This document shows, in pieces, positions 14,879-25,003 of a stretch of 39,405 nucleotides of DNA. The notes beneath the pieces were generated by a model. The model worked only from the letters and a program-made list of their open reading frames with translations, did not search any database and was not told the origin of the DNA. The stretch is from positions 1 to 39,405 of IMG/VR virus record IMGVR_UViG_3300005263_000002. One strand, given 5' to 3'. The DNA comes from a virus (taxonomy: Duplodnaviria > Caudoviricetes). Numbering within the stretch: the first letter of the stretch is position 1; every line of letters begins with the position of its first letter. Position numbers and translations under genes: made by a program.

Positions 14879-17800
14879 CTTGTGGGGCTTTGCGATGCGA
14901 TTTTCCAGGGCCGCCACGATGCGATCCACTTCCTTCTGGCGCTGCTCGGGTGGCAGGGCCTTGGCCTCCCCGTATTTGCGAGTCTCAGAGAGCACGGTGT
15001 TGAAGACCAGGGCCTGCTGCATATCGGACATGCGGTCCCAGTCAGGGCCATTCACGATCTCGGTGAGCACCTGGTGGGCCAGGGTTCCAGCCTCCAAGGC
15101 GTAAACATCCCGCTGCTCGGGGGTCAGTTGGACACGGCCGATGTCGCGCTGGCCCGCAGCCTGGATCTGAATTTCCTTGGGCGCCTTGGCCGCGCTCACA
15201 GCCAAGCCGGGGATGTCGGCCAGGCGTCCGGCTTCGATCAGCACCTTGTCGGTGGACTGCTCCTTGGTGGTGATGGGGCCGATGCCACCGAGGCGATCCG
15301 GTTCAGGGATGGGCTGGCCGAAGGGGTCGCGCTGCGGCATCAGGTTTTCCCGAAGGCCGGGGATGCGGCTCTGAACGGCCTCCAAAATGCTGGTGACCTC
15401 CCGCTTGTAGGGGTCCATCAAGGCGGCCGTCTGGGATGCGAGAGCCGGGACCGTGGCGCCGGCCACCAGGTTCTGGATGAAGCGCTCCCCCTTCTTGTCG
15501 GGCTGGGAGATGGCGTCCACCACCTGGGTCAGACCCTGCAGGAAGGTCTGGTTGGTGATGCCGTTGGAGAAGGCCATGGTGAGGATCTTGGGCACCTTGT
15601 CCCGCTCGTCCGGGTTCATGTGCTTCCACGCCTCGGCCATGTCCGCAGCCATGCCGACGAGGGTTCCGAAAGGCTGGATGCGCTGATACGAATACCAGGT
15701 GTTGCCGATCTTCATAGAGTAGGGCTGCCACCCGGGCGCCATCACCCGGCGCTTGTTGGGGTCGGGGTCACCGCCACCGGAGATGTGGCCGTCGAAGGCC
15801 ATGGACATGCCGAGGGTCGCCATGGCGGATCCGATCGCCAACTCGGCCAGGGCCTTGGTCTGGGCTGGGCCGCCAGCCTGATAGTCGGCCCGCCACTTCT
15901 CGCTCAAGGGAGCAGCCGGGGAAATCCGGATCATCTCCTTGAAGATGTTGGCCGGCGTCATGCGGAACGGGAACATCCACTCCAGATGACCGGCCTTCAC
16001 CAGAGCATTGAACTTCTGGCCCACCTCGTTCAGCGGGGACTTGAAGGTCATGCGCCGGGCGAAGTCCTCGATCTGATTGATGGCCTTCTCTGGAGGGTTG
16101 TTGGCGAACTGCGCAGCGTGTTCGTAGAACTCTCGGGTGCCGAAGGTGAGACCCGCTTCAGAGGCGCTCTTGGCACCGAGGGCCAAGGCTTCGCCCCGCT
16201 CGTTCATGTATTTGAACACCACGTCCATGGCATCCAGGGCCCGGAACGGCGTCCGGATGACGTGGCCGAGGGTGCCTTCGATGGCCTGCTTGTGCTCCAT
16301 CTTGCTGTCGGCCGACCCGGTGAGAAAGGCTTCCTTGGCCAGCTTCAGCCCTTCGCTGAGGGAGAGGATGTTCGCCTTGGCCCGGTAGATGGCCTCGGAG
16401 AAGTGGACCGGATTGTCGGCCCGGAAGATCGCGCCACCCGTGGCGGCAGCCAGATCCACCATCGGCCGGGATGCGGCCATCGCCATGTTGCCCAGGACAT
16501 TGGCGACCTGGGTATGGGGCCCCGACACCAGGAAGGCGCTGTAGCCTTCCATCATCTTTTCCCAGGTGGTGGCTTTCAGGATCTTTCCGGGAGTCTGGAT
16601 CAACCCAGACGGATCCTCGATGGCGGCGATGCGCTCGGCCAGCGTGAGGGGATCCTCCCCAAAGCGGGCGATCAACTCCTTTATCTGCTGGGCTCGCACG
16701 GAGGCCACCTTGGTTTCCTTGAGGATGTTCAGCGCCCGGCCAGCCTCGGCCCTGGCCCCAAGGAACTCAGCCTGGATCATGGCCGTGCGGTCGATGGACG
16801 CCAGGAAAGCAGCCTGCTGCTCCGGAGTGGCGTTGGTGCCGAGCTCCATCAGCTCCTTGGCCTTGACCGCCATGTCGTTGGCGGCTCCTTCGATCAACTG
16901 CTTGCGGGCCAGAAGCTCGGCCGCGCCAGCAGGAGTGCCGGGTTGGCGGATCGCCGCCATGTCAGCAGGAGATCCAAGCAGGGCGTCCAGCGCCTGACCC
17001 GCCTCTCGCTGCGTCTGTTCCCAGGAGACCGTGCCTCGGCGCTGCTTCTGGATCTGCTCCAGATTCAACTCGGACATCTTGGCCAGGGCAGCGTTCACGT
17101 GGTCGGGCGTGTTGAGGTATTTGTAGTTGACGTGGGTTGGCTGAGGTTCGCCCGGGACTTCCATCCTTGGCAGCATCAGCTCGGAGCCAACGGCAGGAGC
17201 AAGACCCGGAACAGCCTCAGCCACAGCCTGGGCCGTGGCAAGAGGCTCCAGGGCTTTGGGAATCTCAGGCTGGGCCTCGGGTTCCACCGGCTTGGTCAGA
17301 TCCTCCTTGATGGTCGGATCCTTTTCGGCGGCAGCCAGCACCTCTTCGGGGCGCATCCCGGTCTTCTCGTAAATCGTCATCAGCTTGCCGGCGACGTGGG
17401 TGGCGCCATGGAGACCGCCCACCATGATGGCCGCGTTAACGAACTCCTCAGGCTCGGGCAGGCGACCCTCCAGCAGAGCGGGGGCCACCGTCATCGTGCC
17501 GACTTCGGCGCCTGCCACCTTGGCCCCCGCCACCAGCTTCGACGTGCCCGGGGCGATGCCCTGCCCCGCCCGCAGACCGGTCAGACTGGTGAGCGCACCG
17601 ACCTCGGCATCCCGCACCGTATTCATCACGCTGATGCCGGTGCGGGTCAAGAACTCGGAGCTGCTCTGCACATCGTCCAGGGTGTAGGCGGTCATCAGCG
17701 CTTCCCGGATGGCCGTGGGCATGGCGAAGGCGCCTGCCCCACCAGCAGCCACCGCGCCGGGCCCGGTGGGGAGCGCGGCCACGCCCGCAGCCATGCCGCC

Positions 17801-18253
17801 CAGCACCATGGCGGGGAGGTCCGACACAAGCTGGGTTGCCGCCGCGGTCTGCTGCTGAAGCCAGGTGGCGTGGTGGGGGTCAAGCACGATCTCGGGCCGC
17901 TTGCCCCGGGCCACCAGGCCCAAGGTGCTCTGCTGGTAGCCCGCCTGGGCAGCGTCCAGGATGCTGGCGGCGGCCACCGGAGCCTGAGGCTTGGCCTCCA
18001 TGTAATCCAGAAACTCGTTCTTCATGGCGTCCAAGTTCCCGGACACCTTGCCGTGGAGCAGGTTGTCGATGCCCCGGTCCAGGGCCGTGGTCGCAGCCTG
18101 CCGCACCTTGTTCCCGTAGGCAGCGTTCCGGATCTGACGCATGAACCAGGAGGTCTCTGGCTGCCCCGTCGAGGAAGCGACTACAGGCGCGGACTCCCAT
18201 CCCTCCGCTTTGGCGGGGAGCACGACAGGGGCTGATTCCCAGTCTTCAGGCAT
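14873..18253 (-). CDS. Large internal virion/DNA ejection protein (T7 gp16-like position)
   Basis: 1126-aa Ala-rich helical ORF, last of three ejection-type genes. GWQPYS...WYSY.R..PF motif. AAGGA RBS. Confidence 0.75.
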   Translation of the reverse strand: MPEDWESAPVVLPAKAEGWESAPVVASSTGQPETSWFMRQIRNAAYGNKVRQAATTALDRGIDNLLHGKVSGNLDAMKNEFLDYMEAKPQAPVAAASILDAAQAGYQQSTLGLVARGKRPEIVLDPHHATWLQQQTAAATQLVSDLPAMVLGGMAAGVAALPTGPGAVAAGGAGAFAMPTAIREALMTAYTLDDVQSSSEFLTRTGISVMNTVRDAEVGALTSLTGLRAGQGIAPGTSKLVAGAKVAGAEVGTMTVAPALLEGRLPEPEEFVNAAIMVGGLHGATHVAGKLMTIYEKTGMRPEEVLAAAEKDPTIKEDLTKPVEPEAQPEIPKALEPLATAQAVAEAVPGLAPAVGSELMLPRMEVPGEPQPTHVNYKYLNTPDHVNAALAKMSELNLEQIQKQRRGTVSWEQTQREAGQALDALLGSPADMAAIRQPGTPAGAAELLARKQLIEGAANDMAVKAKELMELGTNATPEQQAAFLASIDRTAMIQAEFLGARAEAGRALNILKETKVASVRAQQIKELIARFGEDPLTLAERIAAIEDPSGLIQTPGKILKATTWEKMMEGYSAFLVSGPHTQVANVLGNMAMAASRPMVDLAAATGGAIFRADNPVHFSEAIYRAKANILSLSEGLKLAKEAFLTGSADSKMEHKQAIEGTLGHVIRTPFRALDAMDVVFKYMNERGEALALGAKSASEAGLTFGTREFYEHAAQFANNPPEKAINQIEDFARRMTFKSPLNEVGQKFNALVKAGHLEWMFPFRMTPANIFKEMIRISPAAPLSEKWRADYQAGGPAQTKALAELAIGSAMATLGMSMAFDGHISGGGDPDPNKRRVMAPGWQPYSMKIGNTWYSYQRIQPFGTLVGMAADMAEAWKHMNPDERDKVPKILTMAFSNGITNQTFLQGLTQVVDAISQPDKKGERFIQNLVAGATVPALASQTAALMDPYKREVTSILEAVQSRIPGLRENLMPQRDPFGQPIPEPDRLGGIGPITTKEQSTDKVLIEAGRLADIPGLAVSAAKAPKEIQIQAAGQRDIGRVQLTPEQRDVYALEAGTLAHQVLTEIVNGPDWDRMSDMQQALVFNTVLSETRKYGEAKALPPEQRQKEVDRIVAALENRIAKPHKR

Positions 18254-18262
18254 GTTGGTCCT

Positions 18263-20236
18263 TTACGGCTTCACCCGGATGTTTCCTTGCGGGTCGGTGA
18301 ACGACTCCCCCGATTTCAAGGAGCCAAAATCCTTGTAGGTGGGGAGCGCCTTCTTCTGACTGGAAACGGTCTTCTGAACCGTGTCGGCCACAGCAGCGGC
18401 CGGCGTAGACATGAAGGACCGAAGCCTCTCAGGAGAGCCAACGTAGTCCTTGGACCCGGGCGTCACCAGGGAGCGCACGTCCTCGCCCTTGGACCGCTTC
18501 TCCGCCACCTGCTTCTGGAAGTCCCACCACCAGTTGTAATAGGCGGCCACGGCCTTGTCCTTCTGCGCCACGAACTGCAGGCTGTTGGTGAACCCAGCGT
18601 AGACGGCATCCTTCAGCGTCTTGGCCTGGGCGCCGAAGCCGGCAGAGTCGCCCGTCCTGAGCTGCTCCGACACCTGCATAAGGGCGTTGCGCTCGTTGAA
18701 GCTGATCTTACCGTCGTAGTAGGAGTCGGACACCACCTGGAAGCTGGCGCCTTCGCTGATGAGCTTGTCGAGCCTGCGCACCTCGGCGGGGTTCTGCTTG
18801 CTCTCGTGGTCGGCCCGAAGTTCCCGCTGGCGGCGGTCGAAGGTGCCTTGCAGGTGCTCCTTCTGCTGAGGCGTCAGGGTCGTGTTGGCCCACAGAGCCT
18901 TCCCATCGAACCGGCCATATTCCTGGGGCCGGAAGATGGTCTGCTCGACCGTGTTCATGATCCCTTCCTGCTCCTTGGTCCGCTGGTATTCCGCCTCCTG
19001 GCGGGCCTCCTTCGCCATCCCAAGCTGCAGGTGGGCCAGGCGCAGCGAGTCGCTGAACAAGCGGTCCTGCTGCTCCCAGGTCAGGTTGTTCATCAGGGGC
19101 TGAGACTGGATCCGGATGGGCTGGCGAGACCCCATGGACTCCGGTGGCGGTTCAGGCGTGAAGGTGGCGTTGGGATCCGCGGGAACCAGGCCCGCCTTGG
19201 TCATCGCCTTGTCGATGTAGAGTTGGGTGTCGAGCGGGATGTTGCTCTGCCAGTTCGAGCCGAACTGCTCGACCACGGCGTCCATCTTCAGGGTGCCCAT
19301 GTGGTAGGCGCCGATGGCCTGGGCGTAGTCCCCGCCCGTCTTGTCGAGCAGGGCGCCCATGTCCTTGGCCAGCGTCTTGGGGTCCGAGGCCCCAAGGTCA
19401 GCCAGCGCCATGGCCACGTTGGGGTTCACTTTCTCGGTGGCCGCAGCCGTGGTGATCTCGGGTGCCTTGGCCTGCGTATCGGGGCTGATGTCGAGCCTGC
19501 CGCCCGGCACCACGTTGGCCTTCAGCAGCTTCTCGTAGGGCTTGAACTGCTCAAGCTGCTTGGGGTCGGCCATCCCGAGGAAGCCGAAGGGGTTGTCTCG
19601 GATGAAGCCCTTGAGCGCAGCTTCGCTCAGATCCTGCTTCAGTTTCTCCTTGAACTGGTCCCTGGTCGCCTGCGGCACCCGGGCGTAGATGCTCTTGGGA
19701 TCGTCGATGGTGGCTTCGCCCTGTTGGATGGCCGCCTGCGCCTGAGTCGGGTCGGTGTAGACCGCGGACCCAAGCGCCTGGTGTAGCTGCGCATGCTGGA
19801 GCGCGGCTTCCTTGGCATCCAACTCCGACTGGATGGCGATGCCCCTCTGCCCGAACTCAGACGCCATGTTGGCCCCGAGGACGGCGTAGAGCTGCTTCCC
19901 CTTCCGGGTTGTGGCGGACTCCTGCGCCTTGGTGAAGTAATCCTTCATGTCCGTGTCGAGCTGCGCCACGAAGGAGTCATCGCCAGGCTTGGCGGCATTG
20001 GCCCGGGCCTGGAGGGTCTCGGTCCACTTCTTCCGGTCCTCGGCGGCGTTGATGTGGACCTGGGTGGTGTCCTTGATCTCCTGCTGTTCCAGGATCATGC
20101 TGGCCTGCTGATTGATCGCGCCCCCGAGGCCCTGCAGAGCCTGGCCCACGCTGGCCCCGAAGTCCTCACCCGAGGCCCGAGCCCCGACCACACCCTGCGC
20201 CAGGACTCGCTCTTCGATGGGCTGGATGACAGGCAT
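18263..20236 (-). CDS. Internal virion/ejection protein (gp15-like) with a degenerate transglycosylase-like segment
   Basis: 657-aa helical ORF in the expected position. GGDYAQAIGAYHMG...IPLDTQLYI resembles the C-terminal half of an SLT domain. Confidence 0.7.
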   Translation of the reverse strand: MPVIQPIEERVLAQGVVGARASGEDFGASVGQALQGLGGAINQQASMILEQQEIKDTTQVHINAAEDRKKWTETLQARANAAKPGDDSFVAQLDTDMKDYFTKAQESATTRKGKQLYAVLGANMASEFGQRGIAIQSELDAKEAALQHAQLHQALGSAVYTDPTQAQAAIQQGEATIDDPKSIYARVPQATRDQFKEKLKQDLSEAALKGFIRDNPFGFLGMADPKQLEQFKPYEKLLKANVVPGGRLDISPDTQAKAPEITTAAATEKVNPNVAMALADLGASDPKTLAKDMGALLDKTGGDYAQAIGAYHMGTLKMDAVVEQFGSNWQSNIPLDTQLYIDKAMTKAGLVPADPNATFTPEPPPESMGSRQPIRIQSQPLMNNLTWEQQDRLFSDSLRLAHLQLGMAKEARQEAEYQRTKEQEGIMNTVEQTIFRPQEYGRFDGKALWANTTLTPQQKEHLQGTFDRRQRELRADHESKQNPAEVRRLDKLISEGASFQVVSDSYYDGKISFNERNALMQVSEQLRTGDSAGFGAQAKTLKDAVYAGFTNSLQFVAQKDKAVAAYYNWWWDFQKQVAEKRSKGEDVRSLVTPGSKDYVGSPERLRSFMSTPAAAVADTVQKTVSSQKKALPTYKDFGSLKSGESFTDPQGNIRVKP

Positions 20237-20245
20237 GGGTTCCCC

Positions 20246-20692
20246 TTAACCGAACTTGGTGTAGGCAGGACTGGAGAGCAGGGCCGAGGCTGCCCCGATG
20301 CGCCCGGCCTCTAGGTAGTTCTTGGACGCCATCGAGTCGAGGTTCGCCTGGCTGGTGTAGCCCAGGGCCCGCATCTTGTAGTTGTATTTCATGGTGAGGC
20401 GGTCCAGCGCTGCGCTTCTGGCCGAGTCCGCCAGCACGTCAGCCGGGGAGCCATCGGAGAGCTGGACGCCCGAGGCGGCGTAGCCGGCCACCATGGACCC
20501 AAGCCTGCGCTGGGTGTCCCGCTGCTGCTGCTCGGTGGCGGCATCGCCCTGAGCCTCGATGGCCGAAGCGTTGATCTTGCTCTGGGCCTCGTTGTAGAGG
20601 CTGGCCTGGGCATTGGCCTGGGAAGACTTCACGGCACCCACGGCCGACATGACCGAACCCGCCAGCATGATGTAGGGGACTGCGGCAGCCAT
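20246..20692 (-). CDS. Internal virion protein (gp14-like)
   Basis: Ala/Gln-rich, hydrophobic N-terminus, YAASGV...GSP motif, synteny. Confidence 0.7.
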   Translation of the reverse strand: MAAAVPYIMLAGSVMSAVGAVKSSQANAQASLYNEAQSKINASAIEAQGDAATEQQQRDTQRRLGSMVAGYAASGVQLSDGSPADVLADSARSAALDRLTMKYNYKMRALGYTSQANLDSMASKNYLEAGRIGAASALLSSPAYTKFG

Positions 20693-20695
20693 GGC

Positions 20696-21121
20696 TCACC
20701 TCACCTTTGCGTAGAGGGCGCTGTCGCCACCATCCACCCGGTAGGCCCGCATCCTCGGGGCCTCCATGGTGAAACCCAGCATCCGAAGCCAGCGGTGACC
20801 GGCCTCGAACTCGCAGGGGGTGTCGGCTTCCAGGCGCTTGTAGGGAACGAAGTCCAGAACCTCCTTGACGGCCTTGTGCAGGGCCACGAAGTGCTTGCCG
20901 GCGTTAGCGTCCACGAAGGACCAGACCAAGCCGCGGTTGTCCCAAAGCTCAGTGACCCCGCCCACCGCCACGACCTCATCCCCCACCATGGCGGTGAAGG
21001 CGAACTGGCCTTCGAGCATCTTGGCGTAGGCCGGGGCGGTGACGTAAGAGAGCGTATCCCGCTGACCCGGCTGTATCTGAAGCTGGGCGAGGTGCTCTGC
21101 CTTGAAGGGGATGACTTTCAT
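20696..21121 (-). CDS. GNAT-fold virion assembly protein (T7 gp13-like position)
   Basis: F.AGHRWLRMLGF..E...MR.Y motif. ATGA overlap with tail tube B. Confidence 0.7.
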   Translation of the reverse strand: MKVIPFKAEHLAQLQIQPGQRDTLSYVTAPAYAKMLEGQFAFTAMVGDEVVAVGGVTELWDNRGLVWSFVDANAGKHFVALHKAVKEVLDFVPYKRLEADTPCEFEAGHRWLRMLGFTMEAPRMRAYRVDGGDSALYAKVR

Positions 21122-23856
21122 AGGTTGTCCTGGGTGTCCATCTGGGCCACAAGCAGGGTAATGTTGGAGGGCAGCATGTCGCTGGTCTCGAAAAGCACGT
21201 TGCAGTCATCGGTCCAGGTGCCGTCGTAGGACCAGCGCTTGTCCCCATCGAACAGCCCGACCGGGTTGTCCATGAGGTCGGCGCTGGACCGGAACGGCTC
21301 GGGGTAGGCTGTGACGCCCGGGGTGTCGGACCCAAGGCTGAGTCCGATGGACTGGAAGAACCGGAGGATGACGCGGTGGACCCGCTTGAGCTTGCCCTGG
21401 CTCGGGCCGTCCGCCCCGCCCGATTCAGGGTTGAGGGTCTTGGCCCGGGAGGTGTATTTCAGGCCTACCTGCACCACGCTGGCCGACCGCTGGAGCGTGA
21501 TCGTGCCGGTGCTGCTCACCACACAATCGGGGTGCGCAGCGCCATCAGCCAGGACGCCGACCGTCTGGCCCTTCAGCCAAGTGAGGCCGCTGATCGTGGT
21601 GGTGGGGACGCCATCATATTCGGCGCTGGCGTCCGCGAAGACGCAGCGCTCCACCGTGTCGCCGTCCTCCCAGAGCTTGGTCATAACCTCGACAGTCCGG
21701 GCGGTGGCGCCGTTGATGTAGCGGTTGGCCACGACCCATACCTCGTCCCGCTGGATGCCGGGGGCGGGGATGCAGGCCACGCTTTCCATCAGGGTCGGGA
21801 TGGTCTGGGCCACATCGGAGTAACCGCCAAGGGTGTGGCGATGCCAGCCGCAGACCTCCTGGTCCTTGTCGTAGGTGACGCCCACCTTCGTGCCATCGGT
21901 CCTGGCGATCCAGATGATCTGCTGCGGAGCCAACTGCAGGGCCATCTGCTTCAGGCCGCCCTTCGTCAAGTGCTCACTGACCAGGCTCACGTCGATGGCC
22001 TGGAAGGTGTTGTAGGTGAACTGGTAGAAAAGCTCCCGCAGCTTCCGGCCCGTGCGCTGCACGAAGAGCGTGGCCTTGCCCACCCGGACAGGGTGGATCT
22101 GCGCCGACCCGTAGTTGGAAAGCGGCTTGGCGTTGACGTTGGTGGGGGTGATGGCCTGCTGGGTCGAGGACGGGGCGATGACCCATTCCCCGCCTGCGGT
22201 GCCAATCAGAAGGCCCCACTCATCGCTCACCATCCACAGCACCGGGTTGATGGTGGAGCTGTTCAGGCTGAAGGCCAGAGCGTTGGCGTCCGTGACCGTG
22301 CCGTCCTGCTCGGTGGGGGCGAAGTTCTCGTAGTCCCCGGAATTCGAGGCGTCCACGCGGCTGGGGTTGTTGGTGGCTCCGGCGAACCAGAGGCGATCCT
22401 GATGGAAGGTCGTGCAGGCGGGGTAGCCGTCCACGCTGTTCCACTCGCCCAGGCGCCAGAAGGTCGTGGTGCTGGGCACCGTAGCCGTGGGCGGGGCCAG
22501 GGTCACGGTGGGGGGCGTGGCGTAGCCGGTGCCCGTCACGCTCATCACGATGCTGGTAACCACGCCATTCGACAGGACGGCGTAGGCGATGGCGCCCGAG
22601 CCCCCACCCCCCGAGATGGTGACGGAAGGCGGCACCACACCGTAGCCCGAGCCTCCATCCGTGATGGGGCAGGCGAACACGCTGCCGGCCGAGATGCTGG
22701 CCGTGGCGTGGGCGGTGGAGGGAACCTGAGATCCGATGGGCTCCGTGATCGTCCAGGTGATCTCGGTGGAGTCCACAACCGTGGCGATGGTCCCCCACAG
22801 CCACACGCCGCCACACTTGATCCGAAGACTCCGGCCGACATCGCTGGTCAGGAAGCCCTTGCCCCCATTGATGCCCGTCGTAGCGCTGGCCGTCACGGTC
22901 ACGGTTCCGGACGTGTTGGTGGGCGTCAGCGTGGTCGTGGTGACATTGACCGGAAGGTAGGGCCCATCCAAGGCCGCGATCTCTTTGATCGTCCAGGTCG
23001 TGGCCCCCGCCCGCTGCAGCTTCATGGGCGGGTGGCTGGGGTGGACGATGTAGAGGGTGTCGGCGGACTGGGTGAACCCAAGCTGCCACAGCTCATCCCG
23101 AGTGTAGGGGGTCTTCACTTCCAGGATGTCATCGGTCAGCGGCAGCCAGTAGTCGGCATCCGGAGGCGTGTGGGCCACCGGCAGGTGGTCCTTGAGGCAG
23201 TAGTAGTTTACGCCCAGACGGGACACCAACGTCCCCTGGGTGTAGGACACAGCCGAGGTCCACTGGGTGGCCTCGCCATTGATCCGAAGCCAATCAGGAG
23301 TCCCAGGCGCATTTGTCGTGGACGCCACGATGCAGATGTAGGGATTGGACAGAACGCTTACTCGCTGCCCGAGGAAGTATTCCTTGTGCAGAATGTGGGG
23401 GTAGACCGAACCGTCGCACTCCAGCCAGTAGGTGGTGTCCGCGGTCGTGTGGAGCGAGGGGTCATTGGCCAGGATACAGACGTAGGCCACGCCTGCATCA
23501 TTCACCAGGTCGCCTTCGTAATACATCATCGACCCGGAGGTCCAAGGGTTCACCGTCCCCGTCAGCAGGCGGCCATCATCCACATAGAACCGGACATACT
23601 GCTCACCAAACTCCAGGACGTAGGCTTGGGTCGTGCTGAACTCGAAGCGCTGAAGCCGAGGGGCGTAGGAGCTATCCTTCACGTCCGCCACATACCGGGT
23701 GCCCGGCCGGCGGGTGAGTCCGCCCTGCTGCATCGGCATGTAGTTGAGGCAGGTGGCCAGGCCGTTCTTCTGCTTGGCGATGTCGAAGCGCCCATACGCC
23801 AACGGGGACCACTCGCCCCCGTTGAAGTTGGTCTGGGCCCAGGTGGACTTCGCCAT
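21118..23856 (-). CDS. Tail tubular protein B (nozzle) with inserted repeat modules
   Basis: QTNFNGGEWSP...GR.D, GG..RRPGT, F.FS..QAY.LEFG..Y.RF, QSADT, FHQDRLWFAG, WHRH. Confidence 0.88.
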   Translation of the reverse strand: MAKSTWAQTNFNGGEWSPLAYGRFDIAKQKNGLATCLNYMPMQQGGLTRRPGTRYVADVKDSSYAPRLQRFEFSTTQAYVLEFGEQYVRFYVDDGRLLTGTVNPWTSGSMMYYEGDLVNDAGVAYVCILANDPSLHTTADTTYWLECDGSVYPHILHKEYFLGQRVSVLSNPYICIVASTTNAPGTPDWLRINGEATQWTSAVSYTQGTLVSRLGVNYYCLKDHLPVAHTPPDADYWLPLTDDILEVKTPYTRDELWQLGFTQSADTLYIVHPSHPPMKLQRAGATTWTIKEIAALDGPYLPVNVTTTTLTPTNTSGTVTVTASATTGINGGKGFLTSDVGRSLRIKCGGVWLWGTIATVVDSTEITWTITEPIGSQVPSTAHATASISAGSVFACPITDGGSGYGVVPPSVTISGGGGSGAIAYAVLSNGVVTSIVMSVTGTGYATPPTVTLAPPTATVPSTTTFWRLGEWNSVDGYPACTTFHQDRLWFAGATNNPSRVDASNSGDYENFAPTEQDGTVTDANALAFSLNSSTINPVLWMVSDEWGLLIGTAGGEWVIAPSSTQQAITPTNVNAKPLSNYGSAQIHPVRVGKATLFVQRTGRKLRELFYQFTYNTFQAIDVSLVSEHLTKGGLKQMALQLAPQQIIWIARTDGTKVGVTYDKDQEVCGWHRHTLGGYSDVAQTIPTLMESVACIPAPGIQRDEVWVVANRYINGATARTVEVMTKLWEDGDTVERCVFADASAEYDGVPTTTISGLTWLKGQTVGVLADGAAHPDCVVSSTGTITLQRSASVVQVGLKYTSRAKTLNPESGGADGPSQGKLKRVHRVILRFFQSIGLSLGSDTPGVTAYPEPFRSSADLMDNPVGLFDGDKRWSYDGTWTDDCNVLFETSDMLPSNITLLVAQMDTQDNL

Positions 23857-24419
23857 CAGAGCCTCACGATCCAGAAGGAGTCATCGGCCCCCTCCGGAGG
23901 AAGCACCTCGAAGGCGTTGTTGCGCCGAGCCTCGGCCTGGGCGTCCTTGTAGAGCGCCTGCAGGGTGTTCACCTTGGCGCTGGAGTTGGTCAAGGGTTCG
24001 CAGATGTCGAGGGCCAGCGAGATCGACAGCATGTCGTAGAAGGTCGGATCCCACTGGGTGGCATCCGTGATGTCTGCGATGTAGCGCAGGTTCAGGACAT
24101 CGCTGTCGTTGGTCAGGATCTTCTTGCCCTCCACCACCCAGTCACAGGCGTAGTCGTGAGGGAGGAGCACCTTCAGGCAATCCGAAGGAAGGGTGAAGGC
24201 GTAGGTGTAGTCGAAGGACGGGGCCTCGGAATCAGGCGCCAGGGCCGCCCGCTTGATGGCGAAGTTCCAGCGGTGCTTGCGCAACTCGGACCTTCGGTTG
24301 CTGTCGAAAGCGATGTTGCACTGCCGGGCTTCCTTGGAGTTGTCCGACAAGTTGAGGATGCTGGCAGCGCCCACCTTCTGGAGGGCGCTGTTGCAGCAGT
24401 CCACCGCGCTCTGGGCCAT
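23856..24419 (-). CDS. Tail tubular protein A (adaptor)
   Basis: CNSAL..VG...I, LRKHRWNFA.KR..L, Y.F.LP.DCL motifs. Confidence 0.85.
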   Translation of the reverse strand: MAQSAVDCCNSALQKVGAASILNLSDNSKEARQCNIAFDSNRRSELRKHRWNFAIKRAALAPDSEAPSFDYTYAFTLPSDCLKVLLPHDYACDWVVEGKKILTNDSDVLNLRYIADITDATQWDPTFYDMLSISLALDICEPLTNSSAKVNTLQALYKDAQAEARRNNAFEVLPPEGADDSFWIVRL

Positions 24420-24431
24420 GGGGAGAACTCC

Positions 24432-24749
24432 TTAGCCGAGACCGATCAGGTAGGCGTAGAGGCCCGTGGGAGTGCCACCCGTGGCGGCCATCCGGATGTT
24501 GCAGGCGGGGAGGTCGATGCCGGTCTGGGCGAAGGGAAGCGCCGTGGCGCTCACCTTGGAGCCCGAGTAGACCGAGACGTCTTCCCAGGTGCCGTTGGGG
24601 CTCTGCACCTGCAGGCTGATGGTGGCGCCCGAAGGCGTCCCCTCCACCATGAAGATGTATTCGCCGCCAGGGATCTGGACTGCCGAACCGGAGGCCGACA
24701 GGTTGGATCCGAGGACGTAGGCGTTGGAATCGCAGCGACGCACGGTCAT
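24432..24749 (-). CDS. Small beta-rich structural protein
   Basis: AAGGAG RBS, located between head and tail genes. Confidence 0.65.
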   Translation of the reverse strand: MTVRRCDSNAYVLGSNLSASGSAVQIPGGEYIFMVEGTPSGATISLQVQSPNGTWEDVSVYSGSKVSATALPFAQTGIDLPACNIRMAATGGTPTGLYAYLIGLG

Positions 24750-24758
24750 GGCTGCTCC

Positions 24759-24947
24759 TTAGAGCGGGGGGAAGCCGCTGCGAATGACCTGGTTGAGGAT
24801 GTGCTCGATGGCCAGGATCACCGTCTGCTTGTCGGTGACGTTGGTGCTCAGGACATTGAGTTCCACATCCTTGGACTGGGTGGTGGACGCCACGGTCACG
24901 TCGAAGTCCCCCTGCCCCTTGTTGATTCCGTAGAAGTAATTGGCCAT
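24759..24947 (-). CDS. Small hypothetical structural protein
   Basis: GAGGAG RBS, in the late operon. Confidence 0.65.
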   Translation of the reverse strand: MANYFYGINKGQGDFDVTVASTTQSKDVELNVLSTNVTDKQTVILAIEHILNQVIRSGFPPL

Positions 24948-24959
24948 GGGATCTCCTCA

Positions 24960-24996
24960 AGGAGAAGAGGAGCGGGCCCCGGAAGACCCGCCCCTC
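24960..24996 (-). terminator. Hairpin/likely terminator after the capsid decoration gene
   Basis: GAGGGGCGGGTC-TTCCGG-GGCCCGCTCCTC followed by TTCTCCTT. Confidence 0.5.
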
Positions 24997-25003
24997 TCCC
25001 CGC

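Noticed and set aside
14882-18235. 1117-aa + strand ORF, and similar long ORFs at 18287-19786, 21376-23952, 28151-29824 and 5787-7409
   Set aside because: They are antisense shadows of well-supported genes, expected from GC-rich codon bias. They lack RBSs and motifs and have implausible His/Gly/Arg-rich composition.
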